From IMG/VR virus record IMGVR_UViG_2690315617_000001: a stretch of 64,000 nucleotides of DNA, one strand, 5' to 3'. The notes under the pieces are model-generated. The model ran no database searches. It was given only the letters and a program-made list of their open reading frames with translations, and was not told the origin of the DNA. The stretch comes from an uncultured virus (IMG/VR IMGVR_UViG_2690315617_000001). Taxonomy: Duplodnaviria > Heunggongvirae > Uroviricota > Caudoviricetes. Made by a program: the position numbers and the translations under genes. This document shows positions 63,516-64,000 of this stretch, one piece after another (the stretch's first letter is position 1; each line of letters begins with the position of its first letter).

Positions 63516-64000
63516 ATGAACATCACCGCCTTCCCCCTCGCTTGGCCGCCCGGCTGGAAGCGCACTGCCGCCGACCAGCGAACCTTCGGCAAGTTCGGCT
63601 CCACGAAGCAGTCGGCCGTCGGCAGCTGGCGCAGCAAGCAAGACATCACCGTCGCCGGTGCCACCCAGCGGCTGCGCGCCGAACTCGACCGCATGGCGGT
63701 GCGCGGCGACGACCTGGTGCTCAGCACGAACCTGAAACTGCGGCTCGACGGCTTGCCGCGCAGCGATCAGGCCCAGCCGGCCGACCCAGGCGCAGTGGTC
63801 TACTGGAACGACCCGTGGAGCGCCGCGCCCCGCTGCATGGCCATCGACCGCTACACGAAGGTCGAGATGAACATCGCAGCGCTGGCGGCCACCATCGAGG
63901 CCATGCGCGCGATCGAGCGGCACGGCGGCGCCATCGTGCTCGAGCGGGCCTTCACCGGCTTCACCGCCCTGCCTGCGCCCATCGTGGCCGGCATGAAGCG
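63516..64000 (+). CDS. Conserved phage protein (family often with a C-terminal J domain), truncated by the window end
   Basis: MNITAFPLAWPPGWKRT...LSTNLKLRLDGLP...AIDRY...TIEAMRAIERHGG. Confidence 0.75.
   Translation, partial: MNITAFPLAWPPGWKRTAADQRTFGKFGSTKQSAVGSWRSKQDITVAGATQRLRAELDRMAVRGDDLVLSTNLKLRLDGLPRSDQAQPADPGAVVYWNDPWSAAPRCMAIDRYTKVEMNIAALAATIEAMRAIERHGGAIVLERAFTGFTALPAPIVAGMK

Larger units (their letters stand above)
1..64000. mobile_element. Lambdoid temperate phage/prophage (myovirus-type tail); ends and att sites not identified, integrase not in window
   Basis: Canonical module order: lysis, tail, head, terminase, Q, nin, replication, cII, cro | cI, pL early genes. Confidence 0.95.

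Overview
The window is almost entirely one GC-rich lambdoid-type temperate phage or prophage with a contractile tail. A betaproteobacterial host is likely, but that is inference only. Left to right it contains: right-end accessory genes (a LexA-box gene and a large polytopic membrane protein); then on the minus strand the lysis cassette, tail fibre, baseplate, tail, head, portal, terminase, a tRNA-Thr, a Q-like antiterminator, nin-type genes, DnaB and initiator, an SNF2-methylase fusion, cII-like and cro; then on the plus strand cI and a long pL early operon (Bet/YqaJ recombination, DNA methylases, a DndC/PAPS-reductase-like enzyme and many small genes) that runs off the right edge before any integrase. 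The standout feature is a complete diversity-generating retroelement (48705-51625) inside the early operon. One AAC-rich template repeat diversifies two tandem, apparently cytoplasmic DUF1566/CLec-like proteins (12 and 13 substitutions, all at template adenines), not the tail fibre, and the template lies inside the RT reading frame. A second candidate new system is a small protein ending in a ubiquitin/ThiS-like PVAGG, encoded with a Cys-His-Pro partner beside a PP-loop Fe-S enzyme and a repeat-expanded, frameshifted C5 methylase. Family names come from motif recognition by eye, not database searches.
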